Shown: positions 48,901 to 60,924, counted from the stretch's first letter. The stretch is DNA of 64,000 nucleotides from an uncultured bacterium (GCA_963851445.1 CAWKPH010000001.1:233363-297362), one strand, 5' to 3'. Numbers and translations: made by a program. Notes: a model not told the origin generated them from the letters alone.

Positions 48901-49254
48901 ATGACTGATACTACTGCATACAAAAATCGACTTATTACGGAACGAGGATCTCTTGAGGAGGAGCTCAAAAGTGTTGCACAGCCTAATCCTTCAAATCCTG
49001 AAGAATGGGAAGCGGTGCAAAAGGACACTTCTCAAGAAGCTGATCCAAATGATCAGGCAGATTTACTGGATCAGTACCAAGAGAATAGAGCTTTAACAAA
49101 TGTTCTCAATGCACGCTATCAAGAAGTAGTTGCTGCACTTGAACGAATTGAAAATAATACCTACGGGATCTGCGGCGTTGGCGGAGAAGAGATTGAAAAG
49201 GAGCGTCTCGAGGCTGATCCTGCCGCTTCCACGTGTAAAAAACATCTTTCCTAG
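48901..49254 (+). CDS. TraR/DksA family protein
   Basis: DPNDQAD coiled-coil tip, ALERI..TYGIC, RLEADP..TCKKH. Confidence 0.85.
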   Translation: MTDTTAYKNRLITERGSLEEELKSVAQPNPSNPEEWEAVQKDTSQEADPNDQADLLDQYQENRALTNVLNARYQEVVAALERIENNTYGICGVGGEEIEKERLEADPAASTCKKHLS

Positions 49255-49257
49255 GTC

Positions 49258-50571
49258 CTAAGGATTGAAACAATCGTTGCTACTCATCTGTTCCGTACAA
49301 AAGGCGAATGGATTCTGGGCTCCGCGTACTTCAAAATGCAAATGGTTTCCAGTTGCGTCACCGGTCATGCCGACATACCCAATAACATCTCCTGCTGATA
49401 CTGACTCCCCGACGCTCGCATTTGTGCTGCTCATGTGAGCATAAAGTGTTTCAACACCACTCCCATTATCAAGAATCACGTAATTACCGTAGCCCCCATT
49501 CCAGCCGCCCATACTTGAAAGGATCACCGTACCACTTGCGGCAGCATGTATTGATGTACCTGCAGGAGTTGCAAGATCTACGGCATCCCACCCATGGAGA
49601 CCTTGTGAGACCATTGCTCCTCCTGGGAGTGGGTTCGTGAAGAAACCACGAAGTGGTGATCCATAAATACCATGGCAGGGATTCCCGCTTGTGTTGTCGC
49701 ATTCAACCGAGGAATTTCCGCCTGACGAGCTGTGTTGTGCAGAGACTTCTGATCGAGCTTCTTTTGAAGAGTTTTTTGATGGTGCTGCCGTAGAATCATC
49801 TACTGAACTTTTTTGACCTTTTGAAGTACTATCCGAGCCACCTGCAGTGACTTCGCCCCCAGGAATAATGATCGTGGAACCAGAATGCAGCACGCTGCCG
49901 TCTGCCAAACCGTTGAATAACGCTATGTCATTTGCATTTCCACCATACTTAAGCGCAATTGATGAAAGTGTTTCCCCAGGACGCACCGTGTGCTGAATAC
50001 CTGAAACGGGAAGTATCACGAGTGTATCTCCCGGCTTTATCGTGTCTCTGTTGGTAATATTATTGGCCCACAGGATCGTATTTTCTGAAACACCAAAATT
50101 TTGAGCGATTTGTGAAAGCGTATCACCAGGTTTAACTGTGTAAGTTGAAATGGTACCGCTTGTATTAGTGGGGTCGACTTCGGTATCTGCAGTGTCGCTC
50201 GCGTCGCTTGGGATAACCGGCCCATCTAGGTCAACGCCCGCAACAAGTGCTGACCCGTCAGAGGTTATTGGCGAATTCGAGGGTCCATCACTTACATCCG
50301 AACTTATTGGAGCCGAGAGAAGGTTAAGACTGGCGTCAGAGATTATTGGGACGGTGGTCCCTTGTGCTTGTGCAGCTGAAAAAGGCCAAGATGCCCCTAC
50401 TTTGTGAGGTAGAACAAGGGTGATGCCCGCAAAGATAAGCACGACGGCGCACACAAAGCCCGAGGTCCAATAGCTATGGCGACTCTTAGGATTTGGTGAA
50501 GAGCGGTAAGGTTTTTTTGAAGATAAAATAAGCTTATTTGAGGAACTGCCGCGGGTCAGCTTCGAATACAA
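49258..50571 (-). CDS. LysM x2 plus M23 peptidase
   Basis: YTVKPGDTLSQIA, HTVRPGETLSSIA, HGWDAVD, YAHM, HLHFEV; start uncertain. Confidence 0.92.
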   Translation of the reverse strand: MYSKLTRGSSSNKLILSSKKPYRSSPNPKSRHSYWTSGFVCAVVLIFAGITLVLPHKVGASWPFSAAQAQGTTVPIISDASLNLLSAPISSDVSDGPSNSPITSDGSALVAGVDLDGPVIPSDASDTADTEVDPTNTSGTISTYTVKPGDTLSQIAQNFGVSENTILWANNITNRDTIKPGDTLVILPVSGIQHTVRPGETLSSIALKYGGNANDIALFNGLADGSVLHSGSTIIIPGGEVTAGGSDSTSKGQKSSVDDSTAAPSKNSSKEARSEVSAQHSSSGGNSSVECDNTSGNPCHGIYGSPLRGFFTNPLPGGAMVSQGLHGWDAVDLATPAGTSIHAAASGTVILSSMGGWNGGYGNYVILDNGSGVETLYAHMSSTNASVGESVSAGDVIGYVGMTGDATGNHLHFEVRGAQNPFAFCTEQMSSNDCFNP

Positions 50572-50754
50572 AAATGGCTTAGATAAGCCACTTCGTGCGT
50601 ACTGTCATATCAATCAATTTACCAAGTATAGCCCGCGAGGTAGGAGGGTCAACGCACCAAAAAGATATCTGTTGATAGTGATTTTCACCCCATTTTAACG
50701 AGACTAGCAAGCTTTTTATGACAGATTCTAGGCCAGTTTTGTTATAGTAGGGGA

Positions 50755-52668
50755 GTGACCTATCTCGAAGGGCTTAATGAACGCCAGAAAGAGGCGGTTC
50801 TTGCGGTTGACGGGCCAGTTTCCGTTCTCGCAGGAGCAGGCTCGGGTAAAACCCGAGTGCTTACGACGCGCATATACCACCTTATCCGGCAGGGAGTTCC
50901 GGCCAACTCAATCCTTGCAGTCACCTTCACCAACAAGGCAGCGCGTGAGATGAAAGATCGGCTTAGTCAGCGCCTTGATGCGGGGGAAGCACTTCCGTTC
51001 GTCGCAACTTTTCACGGTCTTGGAAGAGAATTGCTCCAGGAGTATGGACGACCCATGGGCATTCCTCGTTTTTTTAGTATCTTCGACCGGGATGATTCGG
51101 AACGCGCAATTAAAGAAGCCCTCAAAGCCCTCGATATAGACCCGAAAGAAGTCTCACCTCGCTTCGTGCTTTCTCGAATCAGCAAAGCAAAAGGTGAAGG
51201 TATGACTGCTGGTGAATATACCGAGAAACATGGGCGTGAGAGTTTCAGAAGCAGAATTGTTTCAGAAGTGTGGCGACGCTATGACGAATCACTTCGAAAA
51301 GAAAAAGCACTTGACTTCGACGATCTGATTGCACTACCGGTTCGAATTCTTGAAAATCACGAGGACGTGCGACGTGCGGTTCAAAATCGATTCTCCTACA
51401 TACACATCGATGAGTATCAAGACACGAATGCACTTCAAGGAAAGCTTGCGGCGCTTATTGCAGGCACAAAGAAAAATCTTTTTGTCGTTGGAGATATCGA
51501 TCAGTGCATCTATACATGGCGTGGCGCAACGATTGATAATCTTCTTGCATTCGATTCAGATTATCCTGGTGCTCAAACAATAATTCTCGAACACAACTAC
51601 CGCTCGTCAAAAAATATTGTCGACGCTGCAAACACGATCATCGAAGTTAATAAGAATCGAAAAGAGAAACGGTCGGTGACGACAAATCCTGACGGAGAAT
51701 TAATTGTGATCCATCCTGAAACAACCGCTGACACCGAGGGAAGATGGATTGCACTTAAGTGCCGCGAACTGATTCAAGAAGGAAATAAGCCAGAAGAGAT
51801 CGCGGTACTCTTTCGCACAAACTTCCAATCACGCATTTTGGAAGAAGGATTCCTACGCGCCGGGGTGCCATACCGACTCTTAGGTACAAGGTTTTTTGAA
51901 CGTAAGGAAGTGAAGGATATGTTGTCGTGGATACGCCTTGCGCTTGATCCAACACGCGAAAATGATCGCGCTCGTGCAGTGCAAACACCACCGCGTGGCA
52001 TTGGAAAAGTAACGCTTGGAAAAATAATCGCAGGGAAACCGGAAACTCTGAGGCCGAGTGAGCGCACGAAAGTAGCTGCATTCGAAAACATTGTTCAGTC
52101 GCTTGCGGTTGCGGCAGAAACGGAAATGCCTTCGAATTTCGTGCGGCTTGTCATAGAAAAAAGCGGCATGGAGGCACTGCTTTCAAAAGGAGGGGACGAT
52201 GATCAGGAACGACTTGAAAATATTCGTGAGCTTGCGACTCTCGCAACACGATATGACATGACTCCGGGGAAAGAAGGCATTGCACTTCTTCTCGCTGATG
52301 CAGCACTTGCATCAGATCAAGATGAGCTCGATAGAAAAAAGACTTCAGGTGGAGTCACACTTATGACTGTCCACGCAGCGAAAGGTCTTGAGTTCGATAT
52401 TGTATTTGTCACTGGACTTGAAGAAGGATTATTTCCTCACGAAAGCATGAATGAAAGTGAGAAACGTGACGAAGAAGAAGAGCGGCGACTCTTTTATGTC
52501 GCGGTCACACGAGCGCGCAAACGTCTCATTCTCACCTTCGCGCGCGTTCGTCGTATCTATGGTACTGACTATCTTTCGGAGCCATCGTCATTCCTTCGTG
52601 ATATTGATCAGTCGCTCATCGAATATTCTGATACCGAAGATCCGTATGAGGAGGTGATTCAAGTGTAA
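50755..52668 (+). CDS. pcrA: UvrD/PcrA family helicase
   Basis: AGAGSGKT, TFTNKAA, DEYQDTN, HAAKGLEF, EERRLFYVAVTRAR. Confidence 0.95.
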   Translation: MTYLEGLNERQKEAVLAVDGPVSVLAGAGSGKTRVLTTRIYHLIRQGVPANSILAVTFTNKAAREMKDRLSQRLDAGEALPFVATFHGLGRELLQEYGRPMGIPRFFSIFDRDDSERAIKEALKALDIDPKEVSPRFVLSRISKAKGEGMTAGEYTEKHGRESFRSRIVSEVWRRYDESLRKEKALDFDDLIALPVRILENHEDVRRAVQNRFSYIHIDEYQDTNALQGKLAALIAGTKKNLFVVGDIDQCIYTWRGATIDNLLAFDSDYPGAQTIILEHNYRSSKNIVDAANTIIEVNKNRKEKRSVTTNPDGELIVIHPETTADTEGRWIALKCRELIQEGNKPEEIAVLFRTNFQSRILEEGFLRAGVPYRLLGTRFFERKEVKDMLSWIRLALDPTRENDRARAVQTPPRGIGKVTLGKIIAGKPETLRPSERTKVAAFENIVQSLAVAAETEMPSNFVRLVIEKSGMEALLSKGGDDDQERLENIRELATLATRYDMTPGKEGIALLLADAALASDQDELDRKKTSGGVTLMTVHAAKGLEFDIVFVTGLEEGLFPHESMNESEKRDEEEERRLFYVAVTRARKRLILTFARVRRIYGTDYLSEPSSFLRDIDQSLIEYSDTEDPYEEVIQV

Positions 52669-52670
52669 CT

Positions 52671-53447
52671 ATGAGTACGCCTAAAAAATCATTGGGCCAG
52701 CATTTTTTAATGCATCCACAAATTGCCAGACGCATCGTTAGCGCCGCAGGGGTTACTCAAAAAGATACGGTACTTGAGATAGGACCAGGCACTGGCATGC
52801 TCACAAGAGTACTTCTTGAAAAGGCTAAGCGGGTAGTGGCCATCGAAGCAGATAGTGAACTCGTGGGGCGCCTAGAGGAAGAATTTAAAGAGGATTTGAA
52901 AGTCGGGAAACTTGAGCTCCTCAGGCAAGATATTCGTAGTTTTAAGACAGGTTCTATAGAAGAATCGTACATGGTTGTCGCAAACATCCCGTACTACATC
53001 ACCGGAGAGATACTTCGGCAGTTTCTAACAGCAAGCCACAAGCCAAATTTTATGACACTTCTTGTACAAAAGGAGGTCGCCGAGCGCATAGCGCGTAGCA
53101 AAAAAGAGAGTCTTTTGTCTATTTCGGTAAAGGCCTACGGCACCCCAAAATACCAATTTACCGTACCTAGAGGCGCCTTTACACCCGCACCAAATGTCGA
53201 CTCTGCGGTTCTCTCTATCGAAAATATCTCCTCGCCATTCGCAAACGATGCTGAAGAATCTCGCTTTTTCGCTCTTTTGCACAAGGGATTCGGCCATAAG
53301 CGCAAGCAGCTTGCAAAGAATCTCGAGTCGATTCTACCGATTGCCACTACCCACCAATTTCTTGAAAAGAAAGCGTTGTCGCCAACGATCAGGGCTGAAG
53401 ATCTTCCTCTCTCTGTTTGGAAATCCTTGCTTTTGTTTTGCGAGTAG
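52671..53447 (+). CDS. rsmA: 16S rRNA adenine dimethyltransferase
   Basis: KKSLGQHFL, EIGPGTG, ANIPYYIT, PNVDSAV. Confidence 0.96.
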   Translation: MSTPKKSLGQHFLMHPQIARRIVSAAGVTQKDTVLEIGPGTGMLTRVLLEKAKRVVAIEADSELVGRLEEEFKEDLKVGKLELLRQDIRSFKTGSIEESYMVVANIPYYITGEILRQFLTASHKPNFMTLLVQKEVAERIARSKKESLLSISVKAYGTPKYQFTVPRGAFTPAPNVDSAVLSIENISSPFANDAEESRFFALLHKGFGHKRKQLAKNLESILPIATTHQFLEKKALSPTIRAEDLPLSVWKSLLLFCE

Positions 53448-53549
53448 AGGCTGTCCAAGCGTGCTTCGAATAATCTGTGGATAACCACACTGATTCTCTT
53501 GTGCAACCCAAGTTTAAGAGGGCGTACATGCTATTATTTACACAGTTAT

Positions 53550-54545
53550 ATGGCTGTTTCTGTTCGTACAACCCGAATTCTCGGTGCGCTTGTGGTATCA
53601 GGCGTGCTTATTGGCGGCTCGTTCGTACTTTCGACACCAAATCTCTCCATACCGTTCTTTGACACAAAGATCGCGAACGCCGCTTCCACCCAGTCGCTCT
53701 TGGAGGCATATGCGCAAAAGGTCAACGCTCAAGGCGTCCCTCTTTGGGAAGCAGCTCTTGGAACTATTCCAACTGCAGCGACATCAAGTTCGCCTCAGGA
53801 CATAGTTGATTCCATTCCTGGCCAGCTTCCTGCCCAAGGAACACTTACACAACAATTCTCACAAGATTTCTTCGAAGCCTATACCAATGCGATTTCGAAC
53901 AGTCAAGCGAATGCTGATAATAGCGACGGAAGTGATGATGGGACTGGAGATAATAGTGCCGTGACCTTGAGCGCAAGTGATGAACAAGCTCTTGTTACAC
54001 AAATGCTAACTGAGTTTAGTCAGAAAGCACAGGTATTACTACAATCGAATTACACCTTAGTCGATGTCAACACCGATCCAGCAGAAAGTGTTTCTAGCTA
54101 TGCGGGAGCAGTCGAGCGGGTAATCGAGAAACATAATCTCCCTGCAGCAAATGCCGATCCGATAGCGCTCATGCAGGCATACATACAAGATGGTGATCAG
54201 AGCTCGCTGACTCAATTACAAACTCTTGCAAATTCCTATACAGGTATTGCAAGCGACTTGGCTACAATTTCCGTCCCACCTTCGCTTGCAAATGATCAGC
54301 TTTCGCTTATGCAGTCCTTTGATTCACTCGGTAAGGCAACAAACGCCATTGTAAATTTCCAAAAAGATCCTGCGGTTACACTTGGAGCAATTGGCATCTA
54401 TCAACCCGCTTCAGAGCAAATGATGACCGCAATGCAGGGCATTGCAGAAACAATACTTGCGAATGGTGAACCTGCTCCAGGTCAGCCTGGTTTTATAATC
54501 GTGAACATTGCACGTTCGGCTCAGCAGACGGCAACAAGTACATGA
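53550..54545 (+). CDS. Membrane-anchored hypothetical protein
   Basis: N-terminal TM; first gene of a co-oriented cluster. Confidence 0.7.
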   Translation: MAVSVRTTRILGALVVSGVLIGGSFVLSTPNLSIPFFDTKIANAASTQSLLEAYAQKVNAQGVPLWEAALGTIPTAATSSSPQDIVDSIPGQLPAQGTLTQQFSQDFFEAYTNAISNSQANADNSDGSDDGTGDNSAVTLSASDEQALVTQMLTEFSQKAQVLLQSNYTLVDVNTDPAESVSSYAGAVERVIEKHNLPAANADPIALMQAYIQDGDQSSLTQLQTLANSYTGIASDLATISVPPSLANDQLSLMQSFDSLGKATNAIVNFQKDPAVTLGAIGIYQPASEQMMTAMQGIAETILANGEPAPGQPGFIIVNIARSAQQTATST

Positions 54546-56119
54546 AATTACTACCCCTAAGAAATTTTCTGATTGGTGTTGGGGCTATGATGCTTGTCCT
54601 CACGACCGTTGTCAGTCCTTTAGGAATTGAATCTGCCCAGGCTCAGATTCCGGTAACTGAAACTAACATACCTGGGGTCATTACCCCTTTAGCCCTGATT
54701 TCGGCGTCAGCTGGTGCTACCGCAGCGAATACGACGATACAAACCAACATCATGAGTATACTGAACGGTATAGCCTGGGCAGTAGCAAAGGCGATGATAC
54801 AAACGATGACGAAGAGTATCGTTAATTGGATTAATAGCGGTTTCCAGGGCTCACCAGGATTTGTTACAAATCTCAATTTCACACTTCTTTCAGTTGCGAA
54901 TGCGGCAGCTGACTCGTTCATTCAACAACTCGCTACTAATGGCGCTATCCGTTCTCCGTTTCAGACTGTGGTCGCAAGTGCACTACAGAATAACTATAAT
55001 CAACATGCCAATGGGGGTTTTTTTGCAGCAAATCAATATACGCTCAACCAGGTCACTCAAAATGATGCAGCGTTTCTGGCTGGTAATTTCTCACAGGGCG
55101 GATTAAATGCGTGGATGTCGGCGATTTCAAATCCTTCAAATAACCCGTACGGAGCATATATACTTGCAAAAAACGCACTGACCGGCGTGACAAGCAACGC
55201 TAGAGGTACGCAACAAACGGAGTTGAATTGGGGTAGAGGCATCTTCTCTTCGCGCGGCAGCTGCGGTGCTACTGCAGCTAGTGCTAATAGCCCTACAAGA
55301 CCACCGACCTCTCTTTCAACGAATAATAATTGTCTTGCGTACAACATTCAGACGCCAGGCTCATTGATTGAGGGGCAACTTGAAACCACATTTGGTTCGC
55401 CTATTCGGCAACTTGAACTTGCAAATTCAATCAATGAAATTGTTGGTGCTCTTGCGACACAACTTGTGTCGCAAGTATTCGGCGGCTCTGGGCTTTTTGG
55501 TGCTTCACAGGCAAACGCAAGCAACAATTACATTGCTCCAATTAATGCAATTACAAGTCCTACTGCCTATGCATCAAGCACCGAAAGTGCGAGCGGGGGG
55601 TTCGCCGCGACGATTTCCAACCAGCAAGCGCAACTTGCACAATATCAAGGCCAGTGGCAAACCATTCAATCCTTAGCGCAAAGTACTCAAGCAGCTCTAC
55701 AAGGAAGCACTTGTTATCCGAATGCTCAAAACGCACTTACGACGGTCGTTGGTCCAGCGCTTGCTCAAGCATCTGCTGCGCTTTCAAACGCATCTGCCGC
55801 GCAAACCGCACTCGCTCAGATTCAGAGCGACTCTCTTGCAGCCCAAAATGCTCTGCCCGCAAATCAGGTTGCAGCATCGGGTGCGGTAGCTTCTGAATAT
55901 CAGGCCTATCTTTCTTCACCGACAATTCCAGGGCCGAATGATTTTGCAAATGCGCAATTCCAAAGTACTGATTCCGGAAGCTCGACACCCCAGTCGCTCT
56001 TTACCGAACTGACACAGCTGACTCAAGCAGCACAATCATGCCAATTACCGTCTGGGACGACCGAGCCAGTGCAATCATCTCCCCAAATTTCTCAATCACC
56101 GGGATCGAACCAGCTATGA
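54542..56119 (+). CDS. Secreted hypothetical protein of the T4SS-like cluster
   Basis: Signal peptide; VNWINSGFQGSPGFV; ELNWGRG; Ala/Gln coiled coil. Confidence 0.7.
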   Translation: MKLLPLRNFLIGVGAMMLVLTTVVSPLGIESAQAQIPVTETNIPGVITPLALISASAGATAANTTIQTNIMSILNGIAWAVAKAMIQTMTKSIVNWINSGFQGSPGFVTNLNFTLLSVANAAADSFIQQLATNGAIRSPFQTVVASALQNNYNQHANGGFFAANQYTLNQVTQNDAAFLAGNFSQGGLNAWMSAISNPSNNPYGAYILAKNALTGVTSNARGTQQTELNWGRGIFSSRGSCGATAASANSPTRPPTSLSTNNNCLAYNIQTPGSLIEGQLETTFGSPIRQLELANSINEIVGALATQLVSQVFGGSGLFGASQANASNNYIAPINAITSPTAYASSTESASGGFAATISNQQAQLAQYQGQWQTIQSLAQSTQAALQGSTCYPNAQNALTTVVGPALAQASAALSNASAAQTALAQIQSDSLAAQNALPANQVAASGAVASEYQAYLSSPTIPGPNDFANAQFQSTDSGSSTPQSLFTELTQLTQAAQSCQLPSGTTEPVQSSPQISQSPGSNQL

Positions 56120-56121
56120 GT

Positions 56122-58644
56122 ATGAGAAAAAAATTCACTTTTGAAATTTGGAATCAAGTATTGGAATTATCGTCTTTTTGGGACTAATCATTCCTCAACA
56201 AACTTTAGCTGCAAATCTGGACGGCGTATTTGCGGCACCGGGGGCAGATTCAGCGGCAGCGGCAACGCCGGGAGTGGCAGCAGCAGCAGCGGGGGGAGTG
56301 GCGCCGTCGCCGGCAGTAGCTGCGGCCGCTGCGGCCGCAGCAGCGGCACCGGGGGCAGCTTCGACGGGAACGGGCGTGCCAAATCCAAATAATAGTAATC
56401 CTAAATGCAACTTCGGGGACGTTGGTTGTTACTTAACCAATGGACTTATTGGTCTTCTCGCACAGATTGCCTACTGGATGCTCACTGTCGTGGGTTGGTT
56501 GCTTGGTCTTGTTGGAATGATCTTCAACTGGACCGTGGTCATCACTGTTTTTCAATACGGAGCATACTTCGCGAATTCTCAAGGAATGCTTGTTGCGTGG
56601 GGTATCCTGCGTGACATTGGCAACATCATTATTCTTTTTGGCTTCCTTTTTATCGGCATAATGATGATCTTAGATCTTCACAGTTTCGATGCACGGCACT
56701 CACTACCTAGGTTAATTATTTTTGCTGTTCTACTTAACTTCAGCCTATTCGCTGGTGAGGCGATAGTTGATATAGCAAATGTCTTAAGCTCCCAGATCTA
56801 TATACAAGCAGGACAATCAACACTTGGTTCAGTTTCGACAAGTGGTAGCAGCAGTAATCTTAGTGGTTCTTCAAATGGGCTCAATGTCAGAATCGCAGGA
56901 GCGATTCTACGGACACTGGCCTTCCTCGAACTGTTTCGCAGAACCCTCCATTCTCGGTTCAAATCCAAATACGACACAGCTCCTTGTGTACATAGCTCTT
57001 ATGATATTTATGGTGGTAGTAATGATGGTTCTTATCGCGGGAGCCATTATGCTTTTCATTCGTGCAGTCATGCTTACAGTGCTTCTTGTAATTTCACCTC
57101 TCGCGTTCGCTGGTATGGCAGTTCCCCAACTTGAAGGGCGCGCAAAAGAATGGTGGCAAAAGCTTATTTCAAACGCATTCTTCGCTCCAATTTATCTTCT
57201 TCTCATTTTCGTCGGCCTTAAGGTCATGGAAGCTTCTCGGTCTGCAATAGGACCAGGCTCAACAATTATCGGTGCCCTTTCGAATCAGACCCAGCCAGCC
57301 AATACTGCGGGCATATTTATCATCTTCACCATGATGGTGGCCTTTATGATCGGAGCCCTTATGTTTGCAAAGAGTTCAGGTGCTGCAGGTGCTCAGTTTG
57401 CGACTAGCTTTGCGACACGTGCCGTGCAACGAACCTTTACGACTCCTGCTCGACTCGCGGTGGCGCCTGTACGCAGTACCGGAAATATGCTTGCCAGAAA
57501 TGCAATCGGGGGTAGTTCCGCATTCCTTGGACGCAAATATGACAGCATGATTGGGAAAATGGATAGGGGGGGTGGTTTTGGGAAGTTTGCAGCCGGCACC
57601 CTGCGCACACTCAAGATAGATGAAAGTGTTTCAGACACACTCAAGGCAGGTTCGAATGTAAAGTTCGGCAAGAGATCATTCCAAGAACAACGGCAATACC
57701 GACGAGAGCGTGACCAACAAACCTCTCACGAGGCACATCGATCGGAACTTAATGACACTATTAAGGACGGTCTCAAGGCACCAGCTGGTTCAAGAGAAAG
57801 GGATGCCGCGGCTCAGGCATTCCAGAAAATGCCTGAGGCAGACAAAATCGCAACGCTTAACAAGTATGCTAACGACCGAAATTCCCTTAGCGTGCTCGGC
57901 GCGGCCATGAGTGCCGGCGACTACGGGAAAATGATGGATAACAAGGATCTTAACTCGGGAATCCAACACACACTTACGGACGGGCGTTTTGCCAAGGCAC
58001 ATGAGCTTAAAGCACAACTCGATGCGGCCGCGGATGATGCTACCAAGGTTCTCGCCTACAAAGCACTTGCAGATCATATGAGTAACCTGAGCGAAAAAGA
58101 TGCAGAGGGCATGATGCTCTACGATAATGATTTCGCCATGAATACATTTGGTCTTACAAGTCCTGATGGCAAGGGCAGAGGAGTCTTGAGTTCAAAAGTA
58201 AGGGAGAGTCTGAGTAAGAAAGAATCTCTCACCGACGGAATGCGAACGGTGATAAAGAGTGGCGCACGAGATGAACAATTAAAGAAGCTTCTCGAAAGTG
58301 GCAAGTCAGCTACAACCGTCGACATTAATACCGCGATGAAAACGCTTATGGTTGGTGGCAACATGACAAAGAAAGAAGTTGCGGGTATTTCCGAGGACAA
58401 ATTCTTCAATACGGGAACTTCGCAACTCACCCCAGCAGGCATGGAGTTCGTTGGCAATCTTAATGTTGAACATCTAAGAGGCATGGCGGCGGCAGATGTT
58501 GATATGAGTCCTCAGGCGAGAAAAGCAATACTCGATCGCCTTGAAGTGAGCACGAGAACTGATCCTATGAGACGCGATACAATAAATAGATACTTGAGCG
58601 GAAATGGCGGTAGTCTCTGGGGCAGAAGATCATTATCACCATGA
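56122..58644 (+). CDS. VirB6/TrbL-like polytopic membrane protein (apparent frameshifts near 56140-56160 and ~56900)
   Basis: WGILRDIGN, LLNFSLF, IRAVML..SPLAF..WW..FFAP; ORFs 56148-57134 and 56824-58644 appear to join. Confidence 0.7.
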
Positions 58645-59840
58645 TTCTCTCACCGGAACAATTTAATAGTGCGTATAAAAAACTTCCTTTCATACTTAGG
58701 GAATATATAGCTGATGACGATCTTTCTACTATTTGTGAAAGTATCGGAAAAGAATACGGCCTGCATGTCGATACTATAGGTGCGCTCTATCGCGAGACAA
58801 CCAACATGCTTCTTGGGCTTGAGGATCCAACTCAGTTCATGGGAGAGTTAAAATCGGTCGGGATTCCACAAGAAAATATAGGAGCCATGATCAAAGAGCT
58901 TAACGAAAAGGTATTCATGCCCCTTCGTGAACGGATGCAGAAGGAGGGAGACGGAGAATCATTTAAGGAGGATGAGGGAACGATCGAAAAGATTGAGGAG
59001 GAGCTTGATATACGACCTTCGAAAGAAACTTCTTCAGAGCATATTGTGCCGCAATCAGAACCTACAGTAGAAGTCGCCTCCACGGTAAGTCCGCTTTCTC
59101 CTGTAATGTATTCTGTTCAACCAACATATAAAATCGAGCCGCCCGTTATAGATCCATTACCTGAGGTTGTTCCTGCACCTTCCGTTCCTGGGTCAGGTGG
59201 GTATTCGTATTCGCCTCCTTCTGTGGTCACCACATCACCAGAAATCCAAGCGCCGCAGGTTGCACCGGCACCGGTTTTTCAAAGACCGCCGGCAACACAG
59301 GCACTTCCTGTTCCAATCCCCGCTCCGTACCAGGTAGCACCAGGACAAGTACAATCGTACATGCGAACCATGGCTCAAGACATGGCTGAAGCCAAGGCCA
59401 AGCAACACCAGCATAGCGGTACAGAACCTTCTTTTGCACACCAAGGGCCACAACCACAGAACACTGCGCAAATGTTTCATCAACCACTAGAAGCTCCTGT
59501 CGTGACTTCGCCCGTTTCTTCGATGCCAATTCCTCAAACACCACGTGCGCCACTGCCAACTGCAACAATTGGTTCTGTTTCAGTTCCCATGCAAAGAGTG
59601 GAGCCTCCTACATTCGTACCGACTCCTCCATCACCGTCAGCTGTACTCATACCTGAACCAAAGATGGATACCGTGCCGATGCCAAGTTCGAACATACGAC
59701 CACAACCCTTGGTTGCTCCTGCTATGCACGCACCACTCTCTCCCGCCCCAAAATCAACTCCACTAACTGCCAATCAACAACAGCTACATCAGATCCTCAA
59801 AGAATATGGTGTCGACCCGTATCGCGAACCAGTCGAATAA
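58641..59840 (+). CDS. Pro-rich hypothetical protein
   Basis: Helical N-domain, RTMAQDM, C-terminal DPYREPVE. Confidence 0.75.
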   Translation: MILSPEQFNSAYKKLPFILREYIADDDLSTICESIGKEYGLHVDTIGALYRETTNMLLGLEDPTQFMGELKSVGIPQENIGAMIKELNEKVFMPLRERMQKEGDGESFKEDEGTIEKIEEELDIRPSKETSSEHIVPQSEPTVEVASTVSPLSPVMYSVQPTYKIEPPVIDPLPEVVPAPSVPGSGGYSYSPPSVVTTSPEIQAPQVAPAPVFQRPPATQALPVPIPAPYQVAPGQVQSYMRTMAQDMAEAKAKQHQHSGTEPSFAHQGPQPQNTAQMFHQPLEAPVVTSPVSSMPIPQTPRAPLPTATIGSVSVPMQRVEPPTFVPTPPSPSAVLIPEPKMDTVPMPSSNIRPQPLVAPAMHAPLSPAPKSTPLTANQQQLHQILKEYGVDPYREPVE

Positions 59841-59880
59841 AAACTGCGGTCGATTAGCGTAAGCTGTTATACTACGAGTG

Positions 59881-60303
59881 ATGGAATACCAAGTTCCGCA
59901 GTTCATTGAGGTCGAGGACAAAATTATCGGTCCCTTATCCTTGAAGCAATTCATCTTCGTTTCAGGAGGAATCGGCATATGCGTCGCACTCGTGTTGTAT
60001 CTTCATTTCATCGGCGTTGCGCTTGCTATCCCTGTCGCAGTGTTCGCGCTCGCGCTTGCGTTCTACAAGATAAACAACAAGTCGTTCGCTGAAATTCTCG
60101 AAGCCGGCTTCAATTACTACATTAAAGGGAGGTTATATCTGTGGAAGAAAGACAAGGCTCCCCCAAAACAGGCAGTGGTTGACGTCCCCGTAACTCGCGA
60201 GAAGCTCGTTCTTTCGCAGGGGAAACTGCATGATCTTGCCTGGTCACTCGATATAAAGGACACCCTGCAGAGCGAGCAAAATCCAGAAAAACCGTATGCC
60301 TGA
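59881..60303 (+). CDS. PrgI family (VirB3-like) protein
   Basis: YQVPQFIEVEDKIIGPLSLKQF plus two TMs. Confidence 0.85.
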   Translation: MEYQVPQFIEVEDKIIGPLSLKQFIFVSGGIGICVALVLYLHFIGVALAIPVAVFALALAFYKINNKSFAEILEAGFNYYIKGRLYLWKKDKAPPKQAVVDVPVTREKLVLSQGKLHDLAWSLDIKDTLQSEQNPEKPYA

Positions 60304-60922
60304 CAGCAGAGCCACACAATCATTCGTTCCCGTGCAAGAAGTCAGAAATGGGGTAGTCATCTTAAAGGATGGTGGGTATCGCGGCATCCTAATGTGTTCT
60401 TCGGTAAATTTTTCGCTTAAATCAGAAGACGAGCAGCGCGGTATTATCGATGGCTTTCAAACATTCATCAATTCACTTGATTTTACGGTTCAAATTGTCG
60501 TTCACTCCCGAAAAATAGATATTCGTCCGTATCTGAATCTCCTTCAAGAACGTCTTGCGGTGCAATCGACCGAGCTCATGCGTTTACAGTTGCGAGAATA
60601 TATGAACTTCATTGGAAATTTCGTTGAGGGTACTGATATCATGACGAAAATGTTCTACGTTATTGTGCCATTTACCCCTGCGGAGACAGCTGCAATCGGT
60701 AAATCGATTTCAAATATTGGAAAGAAACACGAGGATTCACAAATGAAGGATTTTGAAGAATATCGCGTACAACTCGAGCAGCGCCTATCGCTCGTGGCAT
60801 CAGGTCTTTCCGCATCGGGACTTCGTGCTATACCACTTGGCACTGAAGAAGTTATCGAACTCCTCTACAAATCTTTTAATTTGGGAGAAATGGATGCTCC
60901 CATTAAACTTACTGAGGCATAG
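60296..60922 (+). CDS. VirB4-associated (TraC N-terminal-like) protein
   Basis: VNFSLKSEDEQ, FINSLDF, FYVIVP. Confidence 0.75.
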   Translation: MPDSRATQSFVPVQEVRNGVVILKDGGYRGILMCSSVNFSLKSEDEQRGIIDGFQTFINSLDFTVQIVVHSRKIDIRPYLNLLQERLAVQSTELMRLQLREYMNFIGNFVEGTDIMTKMFYVIVPFTPAETAAIGKSISNIGKKHEDSQMKDFEEYRVQLEQRLSLVASGLSASGLRAIPLGTEEVIELLYKSFNLGEMDAPIKLTEA

Positions 60923-60924
60923 GT